64,000 nucleotides of DNA from the human T2T-CHM13v2.0 reference genome, Homo sapiens: the NCBI RefSeq assembly GCF_009914755.1, contig NC_060929.1; one strand, written 5' to 3'. Positions within the stretch are counted from its first letter, which is position 1. Every line of letters starts with the position of its first letter. Below are positions 51,621 through 64,000 of the stretch, one piece after another. The position numbers and the translations under genes are program-made. The notes beneath the pieces were generated by a model. The model was not told the origin of the DNA, ran no database searches, and saw nothing but the letters and a program-made list of their open reading frames with translations.

Positions 51621-54600
51621 TGATCTTAATTTTACACCCTAAAGTATAAAGGCTGGTGGTCTCACTCCTTAACAGTCAGGTACATCGTTAACATAAACTT
51701 GTCCAAGCAGCTTATATCTCAGCTTAGAGGAGTTTGCTTTGCTTTCCACAAGGGGCTCCTTTCCTCCATCCGTGACTCCAGACTACAGAGAACATTTTTA
51801 GGACCACTAGATTTATTTGGCCTTCATCACTTCAACTCTTCTTCACCTCGCCTTCCTCTTACCCGACAGGAATTTATTATTAATCCTTCTCTATGACCTC
51901 CAAATTGCTCCTTTTTTGACTCAATTGCTAAGCATTCACTAAGAGAATCCAGTCAAAATGCCCATGAGGGCTTGACATATAGCTTCAACTGACACAAATA
52001 ACCAGTTATGTGATTAAGATTTTAAGAACTTAGACCTGAGAACTTTTGAATACCTCACTATATTAATAACCCAAATTGTGATTTTTGTCACTAGAAGGAA
52101 GAGTAAGGAAATTAAATTTGGTTATTATTTCAATGGCTACAAGTAATATGCAATTTATAGCTATATATCTAGCATTATGTAGAGAGAAACATTTAGATTA
52201 GAATATATATGTTATAGGTATGGAGGGACAGCTCTAATCAGCAAAACAGATAATGAAGAATATTTGAATTATACTAGGAGATATCTGCCCTAACCATTCT
52301 TCACTAGGAACCTGCCTTTCTTTCCCCTGCAAGGTCAGCATCCTGATCATGTTCCTCATTCATCCATATGACCAGACACACTTATCAGTTCATTTCTCTA
52401 GCAACATTCTACACGTTCTTTTCTCATATTACACATTTTGCCAAGATCTCACTGACCCAGCATTTTATGTGTGAATTTATTTTCTTAGATATATAATCCT
52501 TTAAGCCACAGTTTTGGCTTAATGAGGAGGTACTTTCGCAAAAATTGACCATTTATTTTTTCTTTCTCACAAGACTTACTCTGCCTAAAACTATATGCAC
52601 CATAAAATAATACACTTTTTTCTGTCTTGTTTTGCCCACTATTACATACTCAAGGCTGAATATAGAGCTAGCAAATATAAGAGTATTTTTAAAAGAAGTT
52701 GGAAAATTACTAAATACTAGTGGCTCGAATCCTATCATGAGTATTACTTTCTGTGCAAAAAGACAGTATTGTTTGATGAATGTATTTTAGTTAAACTTAT
52801 AAATTGATAATGCTAAACAGTATGATATATAAAACACATAACTCCCTATTTATTTAAAAATCAAACAAAAAAACCCTCATTTTCCTTTTGATCTTAGGCA
52901 ATGTTAGATAATTGATTGAATTTATAAAGTTTTGGCAAACTTAATCATCTATAAGAACTTCCTGAGGTATCCTCTTTAACATCTTCCCTTAGCATTTAAT
53001 ATGTTTACATCCATCAGGCACTCCAGTAACAATCTTTACTCAGGTCCAGATAGTTCTTTGGTAGAGAACTTTTTTTTTTCCTTTTTCTCTCTCCCCTTGT
53101 TGAATTGTAGGAAATTGTTTCCATGTGGTATCTCTTACTAGAGACTTCGGGCAAAGAGGGTGTTATTCAACAACACACTGACCTCTGACTCCTCCAAAAG
53201 ATGCATCAGAAATATTCATAAATCCTGGAAAGAAATATTCACAGGCACACTCTATTAAATCTTAAAACTGATTCTAGTCACTCCTGATATTTCTCAGAGA
53301 TCTCAAACATGACAAACATGACAAATTGTAATCTTTTGTTCTCATTTGTTTCTTATTTTCAAAACATTTTAAAATCTCGATATTCTCTTAAAAACAGAGG
53401 AGTGCTCAGGATCAACATCTGGGACTCTCTTAACTAACGTAATCTAATTTTCTCAGGTTACTTTACTAACATTCAATCATTAAGACATGGTGGTGCTCTT
53501 TATGATGCAATTCTGTATGATCATTTGCAAATTGCTTTACTTTGCCTATTTAATTTTTTTCAAATGAGACCATTGAATCCAATTAATATTAACGCCACAA
53601 ACAATTAATTTTACATTAAGAATAAGTAGCTTCAGTTGATCGCAATTCTGGTCAACTACTGGAATTCAATGCTAATTTGCTAATGACAAGGAGCATACAT
53701 TCACAAAGAAGGTCAGATTTAGATGTGAGCTATACTTAAAAAAAATTCTTTGAATTTGTGAAGAATGTTGTTAAAGTTTCACAGCGAGCAATGATAAAAT
53801 GCCTTCATGAATGCTTGGATACTATAATTAACCTGAGTAATAATATACATTAAAGAATAAATCATCAAAGATACCTGGAATTACACAAGAAATATGCTTA
53901 GGAAGGATACATAACTGCTACCTGTTGTTAAGAGAAAATACTATAAAATTTAAAAAAAATTTTGGATAATCCTACAGGATAAATTAAAGCCAAATTTACT
54001 TTTGACAGTTTCCAATATTTTCTAAGTCTTGTTTTAATAGTAAATATGTGTACTTACAAAACAGCAATATTTTAATTTTAAATCAGTAACATGCAGGTAC
54101 CCTATACAGCTGTTTAAATTCACTATAGTATTTTCATGTACTATGTTTTCACTAACAAGTAGTCACGCAGGCAAAAGGAGCCTGAAAAAGACCTTTATTA
54201 CTTTTAGTGAATGAAGCATAGAGACAGTAGAAAAAAAATCAGACTCTGTCTGTTTCATATTTCAAAATCTCTCCTTTTTGTGGTACAGTTAAAAGAAATT
54301 AAGATAAATATTGTGTGCTACTTAAACATTTTTATCACATAAAATTTTTAAGATGCATAACTGAAAGAGACCAGTACTTTACTAGAAAAACATGGAAAGA
54401 AAATGCATTATTTTCATTCTGGTTTTCAAAACCTGGAAATCATATTTTGTTAGAATAATATTTATATTGATAATTTCCTTTAAAATAGATATTACTTTGG
54501 GGGAAAATCTTACAGAAATTTCTTAATGTTGTTCTAATTTCATTAATTTAAATTAGTCCAAATTGACTAAGATACAATGAGAAGCTGAGCAAAGGGAGCT

Positions 54601-56117
54601 ACACTAGAGACTACAGTATTGAAAATGGAGTATTGTGTAAGCCCTGTTAGAAATGGGAGCAACTATAAACAAGGGATTCAGCAGAAGCAGACTCAGAAAT
54701 AATTCTGAGAATGCTCATTTTACATCCAATCAACATCTTCACTGGTTATCTGCCTTTCCTATATTTACCTCTTTTTTTTTCACACTGACCCCAGTCTGAT
54801 GCTGAGAAAAAAACCTTAAAAAGCAGGGTTTATGCCATTGTCCATTCCAAGAAAACTATTTCTACACGCTTTGTAATTTTCCGGGGCATGTCTGGCTTCC
54901 ATGCAGAGGTTGAGTGGAGGGTGGAATCTTGCCACTTGAATTCTAAAGCAATTCTGCTTATGCCCAGAATTTCTTAGACCCTTTGGACAATTTAGGTGAG
55001 CTAAAGACCCTTTAACCTAACTGACTCACTGGATCTTACTAGGAAAACAGACTCATTGGATCTTACTAGGAAAACAAAAAATTTCCTACATCTTCCCCTT
55101 TATTCTGCATTTCCCACTCCTAAACAAAAACCCCTCTTTCCTAGGTCCTAAAAAGCTTCCACTTATTTTGAAATGTGTGTTTTTGAATATACATGTGTGT
55201 TTGTGATGAGACAGGGAAAGAGGGAGGACGCTGTAGTGATCACAAATAGAAGCTAGTCAAATCCTTTATGTTACGCTCTTGCAACAGTGTGGAGAAGCAC
55301 TAAAAGTTCATGAAGTTAAATTTAAAGATGGTAAAGAAAGTTTCCATATACTTCACACACAGATTTCTCTATTATTAACATATTATACTAGTATAATACG
55401 TTTGTTACAATAAAGTTCATAACTTTATTGAGTTCTTAATTTCCACCCAATGTTCTTTCCTTGTTCCAGGATCTCACCCAAGGTAACTTTTCACATTTGG
55501 TTACCATGTCTCCTGAGGCTCTTCTAGACTGTCACGTTTTCTGACTTACTTTGCTTTTAGTGACCTTTAGAATTGTAAGGAAAACTGATCTGATATGATG
55601 TAGAATTTCTCTCAATTAGGGATTTTCTGATGTCTTCCCTCATTGTTATACTGGGATTATGTGTTTCGGGAGAAGGCTCACAGAAGTAAACTACCATTTT
55701 CATCACATTACATCAAGGGTACATACTATTAACATGACTTACCATTGTTAATGTTCACCATGGTCACCTAACTGAGCTAAGGTTTGTTAGGGTTCTCCAC
55801 TGTAAAGTTATTCTTGTTACCCCTTTCCATACTGCACTCCTTGGCAGGAGGCCACTATGTGCAGCCCACACATAAAGAATGGAGAGTCCTGCTCTACATA
55901 ATTTATTTGTAATTCTGTATGGAAGATATGACTCTAACTTCAATTTATTGTTCTTTAATTTATTTGTATTAGTATGCACTGAGAAATACACTTATTTTAT
56001 ACTATGGGTCATAATCCAATGTTATATTATTATTTAGCTTCTCAAATTGTTCCAGCTTTGGCTATTGGGAGCTATATAAATTGCCTCCTGTGTCCCTTTC
56101 ACATGTCTCCATTATTC

Positions 56118-56139
56118 TGTGTGTGTGTGTGTGTGTGTG
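56118..56139. repeat. (TG)11 microsatellite
   Basis: Directly visible. Confidence 0.95.
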
Positions 56140-56347
56140 CATGTGCTATTGCTGCTGTTTTGATTTTTAGCATTTTCTTACTTTAGAACAATAAGATGCT
56201 CAAAGTTCATCTTTTATAGTTCTTGTCTTAGAGTCAGACCTATTTCCAAGGATATATGGTTTCTTTCACTGGAGAATGGTATTTGAAACCAAGATCTGTG
56301 CACAAGGTGTGCGTATTGCTTCTGGGACATTATGTTTCTTGGTCTTT

Positions 56348-56506
56348 GTATATATACACACATATATAATGTGTGTACATACATATATTTATATTTCTAC
56401 CTGTAACTACCTGTGTATAAATACATGTGTGTATATACACATGTATAAATACATGTGTATATATACATGTATATATATATGTTTGTGTATATGTGTATAT
56501 ATATAT
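56348..56506. repeat. Degenerate (TA/TG/CA)n tract within L1
   Basis: Alternating purine-pyrimidine runs, e.g. 'tgtataaatacatgtgt' twice. Confidence 0.85.
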
Positions 56507-59331
56507 TTCTCATTAAAAATAAATTCTTGCCTATTTCCCCAAACCTATTCCTTTGTCACATGTATTATCCTTGCTTTCTCCCCTTGCTTATCTGCAACCT
56601 CTCACCCTGATGTAGGGAAACCTGGCTGTCACTATCTATCTCCATCTATTTACTTAATTATGCAATTCAGTATATCTGTGTAGTAGCTTTAGATTTTCTA
56701 AACCATAAACCCATAGGAATAATTTTATAACTAGGGTCTAAATTTCTATAGAGTCATTTTCACCTTTAGTAAACTCCATTCACTTCCGAAGTTACTTAAG
56801 TTAGAGCTCTTTTCCCAGTGCCCTTCAATGAGGTTTACTGCATTTGTGATAGTTTGTTAGACTAATCACATTCTGCATTTTATGATGGAATCCTCTGACT
56901 TGCCTATGTTAGTTTGCAAACATTTATATTTAATTCACTCTTTTTCTGTTGTAAAGCTTCACGCGTTTTGACAAATTTATCGTTTTACATATTCAACATT
57001 ACATGATCATACAGAATAGTTTTACCAGCCAAAGAAATCTTGTACTTGATCTACCCCCTACCCCAAGCCCCCTACCCCAAATTCCTAGCAACCACTGATC
57101 CAATTATCATCTGTATAAGCTTTGTTTTTTCTAGAATGTTGTATAAATGGCCTCAAACAATATGTAGGCTTTTCAGGCTGGCTCTTCTTTTGTTTTTTGT
57201 TTTTATTTTTATTTTTTTACCTACAAATATATACACTTAAGATTCATCGATATATTTGCTGGATTTAATAGCTCATTACTTGTGTTAATGCTGAGTACTA
57301 TTCTATATTATGTTTGTAACAGAATTGTTTGTCCATTTACCTATTCAAGTACATCTTGGTTACTTCCAGTTTATGGCAATTATAAATAAAGCTGCGTGCA
57401 GGTTTGTGTTTGTGCATAAACTTTCAAATCAATAGCTAGGAACACAACTGCTGAATCCTAAGACTATGTTTAGTTTTATAAGATACTGCCAAAATTCCTT
57501 TCAAAGTGGTTGTTCCATTTTGTAATCCCACTAGCAATGAATGAGACTTCCTATTGCTCTGCATTATCACCAAAAATTTATATTGTCAATCTTTTAGATT
57601 TTAGCCATTCCAATTTGTGTGGAGTATTATATCATTGTTGTTTTAACTTGCATTTCCCAATGATAAATTATGTTGAGCATGTTTTCCTATGCCCATTATT
57701 AATTAGGTTATTTATTTTCTTATTGTTGAGTTCTAACATTTCTTTGTATGTTTTGAATAAAAGTCCTTTATCAGACATGTTTTGCAAACATTTTCTCCTC
57801 GTCTGTAGCTTGTCTTTTACACACTTAGTGTCTTTTGCAAAGCATTTTCTTACGTTAGGACAATAGGTTTTAAATTTTAATAAAGTCCTATTTATCAATG
57901 TTATCTTTTATGTATGATGCTCTGGGTGTTATGTCAAAAACTCATCACCAAAATCAAAGTCACATATATTTTTCTCCTGTGTTTTCTTCAAAAAAGTTTT
58001 CTATTGTTGCATTTTACACTTAAGCCTATTACCCATTTTGTTAATTTTTTTGCATATGGATATCCAATTGTTTTAGCACCGTTTCTTGAAACAGTATTCT
58101 TTCTACATCAAGTTTTCTTTATATATATATATTTTAAAAATCAGTTGACTATATTTGTGTGGACCTAATTTTGGACTCATTATTTCCCATTTACTGGTGG
58201 AATTCTTCAACTTTATTTCCTTTCTTCAGTATTGTGTTGGCTGGTTATCCTAGATATTTTTCCTTTCTATATAAACTTCAGAAAAATTTGTTTAATATCT
58301 ATAAAAGTGTTTCTAGGATTTTTATTGGGATTTGTTTGAATCTGTATATAATTAAGATATTAATTTTCACCATCCATGCACATGGAATATCTATTTATTG
58401 ATATTTTATTTATTTGATCAATGTGTTATAGTTTTCTGCATACAGATATTGTTCATATTTTGTTGAATTTATAACATTTTATTTTTGGTGGTTTTGTAAA
58501 TTGCATTATTTAGAATTTCAAATATAGGATAGAAAAGCAATTGACTTTTGTATATTAACTTTGTATACTGTGCTATTACTATACACTAGAATAATGTCTG
58601 CCACAGGGTAAGAGCTACATAATAAAAATATTTAGTGTTGTTAGGCCAGTTTGGCCAAAAGGTTTGGAAAGTATATAATTACAGTTGTTCAGGAGAGAAA
58701 TTATGATAAAAGTTTTTACCTTTAAATAAAAATTAAATTATTTAGGGAAAACTGTTTTGTAAATGATAATCCTGTCATTAGAGAAGTGCAGAGTGAGGTC
58801 TGAAGTCAAGCCAAGTATGTGAAAGAGCCAGGATGAGAGTAATGAATGTCTTATTTCCCTTTCTATGTGCAAATAACACAACTCCTATTTTCAGTAGCAT
58901 AACACAGAATCAGAAAATTAGGGGTTTATGAGAGTTTGCCTAGTTATTTTTTCCCATTTTCCAAGTTTTTCTTGTTTAATATCAAGAAGAAAGAATAAAC
59001 ATTGAGTACCTAATGGTAAAGGAAATTATTCTGGTAGCTAAGGATACAAAGGCTCTGTAATATTCTTCTCACCATTGAGAAATTTATCATATGTTTGGGA
59101 ATTTAAGCATAGATACGTGGATGATAAAGTTACTCAGATGTCCTCTGGAATTTAAATCTTTTATTTTACTTACTAAGAAACTATGGATTTGAGAGCCAAA
59201 ACTTTCTAGCACAAAGCCCAGCACCATGGTGCTGGATCTGTGTCAAAACCAGGTTGTTTGTTTCCCACTTGTTTTCTTTACTTTTTTCTTTCTTTTTCCA
59301 GGAGATTGTCAAGATTGTCATACAGAAGTTA

Positions 59332-59696
59332 CAGATGCTCCTCAAATTATGATGGGGTTATGTACCAATAAACACATTGCAAATTGAAAATATTCGAAGT
59401 TGAAAATGCTTTTAATACATCCAGCCTATCAAACATCATAGCTTTGCCTAGCCTACCTTTAAGGTGCTCAGAACTCTTACATTAGCTTATAATTATGGGC
59501 AAAGTCATCAAATACAAAGCCCACTTAAAAAATAAATGTTGACTATATTGTGTAATTTATTGAACACCATGCTGAAAGTAAAAAACAGAATGCTTATATG
59601 GGACCTCGTGGTAAGCTTTCTACTGAACGTGTATCACTTTTGTACCATCATAAAGATAAGAAATCATAAGTCACACCATGGGTTGAGGATCACTTG
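59332..59696 (+). mobile_element. MER47A non-autonomous Tigger5 derivative (MITE), 365 bp
   Basis: 'ta|cagatgctcctcaa...ttgaggatcacttg|ta': terminal inverted repeats and TA TSDs. Aligns to both ends of 559-2746. Confidence 0.9.
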
Positions 59697-60289
59697 TATT
59701 TCATTTTTTAAATGTCTATGTTATATATTGTTGAAAGAAACAATTCCTTTGATTTCTATGAACATAAATTTCTATCCTAAGTATTATAAATATTATAGCC
59801 TTACTTTTTACTCTTCTCCCTGACATTGAAATAAATAACCTGATAGCTAAACATTAGGAGAAATTAGGTTCCTGTAGATCATCCTCATTTTCCCTTTTTC
59901 TCTTAAGATATGGGTGTCAACAGGAAACATAGACTATGAACATTTTTCTAGAGTGGATCAAGGCAGCTGCTTAAGGGAAGCCAGGGGACTGTGATTATTT
60001 GGGATTTTTGGTAACTTCTGGATTAGTGCAATTCAGAGAAGTTTTAGAATTTTGTACAATTGTCCATGAACAATGTGTAGCATTTGAAGATCAAATAGGT
60101 TTAATTATTAAAATCAATAAGATAGATGAAAAAGCTAGAATATGTTAGGATAGTAACATATCCACATATTGCATAATGATTATTGTTCTGACAATCCCGA
60201 TCTCCTAGTCCCAACAATGGAAAGGGAGGGAATTCCCTAGGGGGCATCAATGTTGAATAATGCATTAAATTAAGCATGGCATGGGATGA

Positions 60290-60485
60290 AGAGTAAGGTT
60301 CTGAAAACTTCCTGGTTTGAATCACAAGTCTACCACTTTCTAGCTTTGCAACTGTGGGTGAGTTACATAACCTCTCTGCTTCTCAATTACCTAAAATGCA
60401 AAATCAGGATACTAGGGCCTACTTCATGAGAATTAACTAAAGGAATGCCTGGCATGTTAAAAATACTCTAAAATATTTGTTATGA
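60290..60485 (+). mobile_element. MIR SINE
   Basis: 'cctggtttgaatcacaagtctaccactttctagct...gagttacataacctctctgcttctcaatt...aatgcctggcat'. Confidence 0.8.
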
Positions 60486-63400
60486 AATAAAGTATATAAA
60501 TAAATAAATACACTCAAGGGAGGATAGGACCATTGGGACTAGTAATGAGGAAATTTATGTGACTTTGCAGATGGTAGTTGTACTACAGTGGCAAGGGCTG
60601 AAGCCCCGATGCTATATGCTTAAGGAATAAGAGACACCAAGGCAGCCAAAACAGATTATATAAAAGAATATTAATCTGGAAAAATAGATAAGAGCATTAA
60701 ATATATTTATGTAGCAATCATTTAGAATATCTGAAGAAAAAAAGGAAACTTTTAAACTTTTTTCAAGCATTTGCATTAAGTTCATCAATTACTCTTACAG
60801 CTCATTGAAACTTCAATTATCTTGTGCATTAATTGTTGGTCACAAAAACTATCTTCTAGGGTAATGCTTATATACAAAGAGAACTTTAAACATAACTAAA
60901 TCATAACCTGTTAAATGTCAATAACCTATACATTATTTATATTTGGTATTACTAAAAATAAAGGTCATCTAGACCCCATTTTACAAACCATAAAGAAATA
61001 AATAAAATGAATATTTCCTCTTTTATGCATGGTCTATCTATTTTAAATGCTTTAGTTAATAATTATTTCATAGAAACTTTGTAATTCACAGTGTGGTATA
61101 GTAAAAAGAAAACCTAGGATTACAGTAAATTTGCATCACAAAACCACAACTTGACACTTAAAGCTCTGAATATCAGGAAACCAGAACCATTACTGGGAAA
61201 GCAGGTAAAATATGTTTCTTGTGTTTGTTTGATAAAAGGATAAAGCTGTCACCATTATTAAGGTGAGGGGTTTTAATTTAATTGAGGATTTCCTTTTCTG
61301 TCTTTCCAGAAAGTCAAGCATTTTCTTCTTCTGAAACAATTGAAATTTCTTATCTTCCTGTCATCATTTTATTATTTCATTTTGACTGCCTACAACTATT
61401 TTATATTGCTTCATTTTACCTGCACCTTTTTCCTTTCCAAAAGAAATAATAATTGGAACTGAAAAGATATTGACATTATTTTTTTGGCCAGAGAGAAAGC
61501 TGGAGTAAAAGACAGTCTTTTATTCCTGCTAGATCATACGTCATATGTCCCTTTTGCCTTCTCTTCTTTGGGTTACCTAATAAACTGTAAGAGAACCACA
61601 TTTTAGAAGAAGAGACATGAAGGGTCTCAGTAGTCCCATAATTATTAATTACAGTGAAGAGAGCATGCTTTATTCACACTGTAACTATGTCTTTCTCACA
61701 ATGAATAAATTGGTATGACACACTGTATGTGTGAATTTGGGATGATACAACAAAATGACACAGCATAATGTTTAGTTGTATGTAATAATTTTTATTTTGA
61801 AGAATATATATATTTTTAATTTTCTTAAATCAATTAAACATTATTTAATTTCGATTTAAGTTAAAAACTTAAACGTATACATTCTGTTTCTTTTGTTTCA
61901 AATCTGTACCTGCCAAAGCAAAAATTTACCACTTTGTACAGTATTTGCAACAAATGTTTTCCTCATTCAAAATCTACTTAAAAAGGAATTTTTAAAGTAA
62001 TTCAAAAAGTAACAAAAATACTTTTTTGACAATTTGTCCTGCTTTTTCAGTTGTGATCTTCAGATATGAAAAATCATCCCTTCTCACTTTCTTTTTTTTT
62101 AATTGCACCTTCTAATATTTCCAAAGACTTAGTCTTGCCCTGACTTAGTCATTGCAAAACTGCTGGGCTTCATGTACTTACATCTTTTAAACTTTTTCTT
62201 ATCAGCAGATTTTTCCAATTCCTTCATAATTCTCTTGGGAGCCAAACTCCTTTAATTATCTGAGAATGCCAGGATTGAAGCAGGACATACATCTCCATAG
62301 ACTAGTATTTAATAGGGGTGCACACAACATGGAATCACTTATTCAGGCTGTTGGTTCAGGCAGTAGCTTTAAGTGTGAAACTTAACTGAAATAGGTTTAT
62401 TTATTTAGTTTTAATTCCTGCCTGATCAGGAAATTTGACCACATACATAGCACAGTGGAAATTACATACCTTTTGAAATCTGTGAAACTTAGATAACAGC
62501 TTCATGTCAAACTTTCTGTTACCTCCACAAGTTCATGACAATATATGAATTTTATTTTTTTCTCTGTGTGTTGGGAATTTTAAAAAATGCTTTCATATCT
62601 TAACATGATCCATGAGGAAATTTTTTTTCTGTTCTCAGTGCCAGGGAAAGCTGTAGTATTTCTTGTTAACTTTCTTTTCTTTATTTTTTGTTAATAGAAA
62701 CCAAATTGTGTAACTAAACTTATCCCACACTTTGATTTGGCTGCTAAGCAGCTCAAAGCCAAATTGTCAGCCCAACTACCCAATAGTCTGAACTCCTATT
62801 ATGTATTATTAAGTACTAGCTGAAAATATTACTCTAAATTATTTATCTTTATATTTTTTCTTCATTTATTTGTTTTGCTCTTGCTTTATAGCATTCATTA
62901 ATATAAGCCACTTATAAGTCCCACTTGGAAGTCAAGAATAAGAAAATTAATGAACTAAAATGCTATAACACACATAGTATAGATTATGTTATTTAAGTTC
63001 TGTAAAATACTAAAATATAGTGCCTTGCAAAGACGAAGACTCTATTAATATTTTACCCTTTCTTTCTTCTCCATTGAGACCAAAAGATGAGTCTCATTTT
63101 TTAAATTAACTTATTAATCTCAACAACAATTATGCAACTTCAATATTATGATGATTTCAACTGTCCATGAAATTTTGAAAAATTGGGTTCAAAGACCCGT
63201 TTGTAAAATCTGGGTGAAATTATTACACCCCTTAGAAACACTGCCACTACCTCTCTGTAGACACTTGACTTCTTCACTAGCACAGTTTTCGTATTAAACA
63301 CTGCCCCTCCATGTTATATGGAGGATGAATTGGATGAGTGAGTGAGGGGAAGCAATGATAATGACAGCAACGAAGAAAAGAAAAACGAACTGTCTATATG

Positions 63401-64000
63401 GCAATAGAAATAATGTGAACTGGTAGGAATAAAAGATATATGTAAAATGTAGGATTTTTTTTATCTACTGGAGACATCAGCCTTTACTAGATGATTCCCA
63501 TCCTAATTCAGGACTAGGGAATTCTATGTATTAGTATGGCTAGGATCGAAGTTTGAGGCCATCAGCAAATAAGTTCTTGATTTTTTTTTTTTGCATAATT
63601 CTCTGCCATTTGTAAAACATTAAGAATTAGTCAGATAGAAGTTTTTTTTAAATTATTTAATTTTACTGATAAAGTTAATATTGAAGAAGAGGCTTAATAT
63701 AAGAACTGACTATTCATACTAACCCCTCCTAGCCCATGTGCCTAGGCCTTAAAATATCTTACCTTAGGATTAATTTGAGTATTAGCACATACCCATTTAA
63801 CCAGCAGGTTACCAACATCACGGTGTGAAGAGAGGGAAGTGAGAGACTGAGTATCCTAAATTTACTGCCTTGCAATATACATGAAACGCAACTCAGAAAT
63901 TAACTTTTAACACCTGTTTAGGTTCTCCATCATGAGGAGTAGTAAGTAGATGGGCAACAGCATAGGAGTATTCAGGCCAGAATCTCACTTTATGAAAACC

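Larger units (their letters stand above)
55337..58585 (-). mobile_element. L1 3' UTR plus ORF2 remnants (L1MC/L1MD-like)
   Basis: 'aaagtttccatatac...ttccaggatctcaccc...ctccactgtaaagtta'. ORF2 remnant 'RKCLQNMSDKGLLFKTYKEMLELNNKKINNLI'. Also 'tccatgcacatggaatatct', 'gcaattgacttttgtatattaac'. Confidence 0.85.

Noticed and set aside
53503-53511. TGATGCAAT C/EBP-ATF composite site
   Set aside because: About one such AT-rich 9-mer is expected by chance in 64 kb on two strands.
61285-61312. Other polypyrimidine-AG acceptor-like sites (also about 6055, 25493, 52333)
   Set aside because: Common in T-rich DNA, with no paired donor or coding signal.

Overview
AT-rich, CpG-poor primate (human-like) nuclear DNA, identified by AluJ/AluS/AluY, MER11, THE1, L1M, L2 and MIR repeats. 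I find no credible protein-coding gene, structural RNA gene or CRISPR array. The listed ORFs are short and either lie in decayed transposons or look like chance ORFs. LTR elements are frequent and occur in both orientations, which fits a gene desert or a very large intron. Main content: a nested cluster at 0.1-5.6 kb (MLT1 MaLR provirus containing a MER34-type LTR, which contains a near-full-length Tigger5 with a decayed transposase); a MER11 solo LTR with a perfect 6-bp TSD; a two-LTR THE1/MST provirus; several old L1 blocks; a young AluYe-type insertion; and a MER47A MITE. Structure the repeats do not explain: two short non-tandem local duplications of about 90% identity (188 bp and 136 bp, the latter bounded by imperfect terminal inverted repeats), a CT-rich minisatellite, an 18-bp RE1-like palindrome and a few candidate + strand exon/promoter signals. 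I see no convincing evidence for a new biological system. Repeat subfamily names come from my recollection of consensus sequences and need RepeatMasker/Dfam confirmation.
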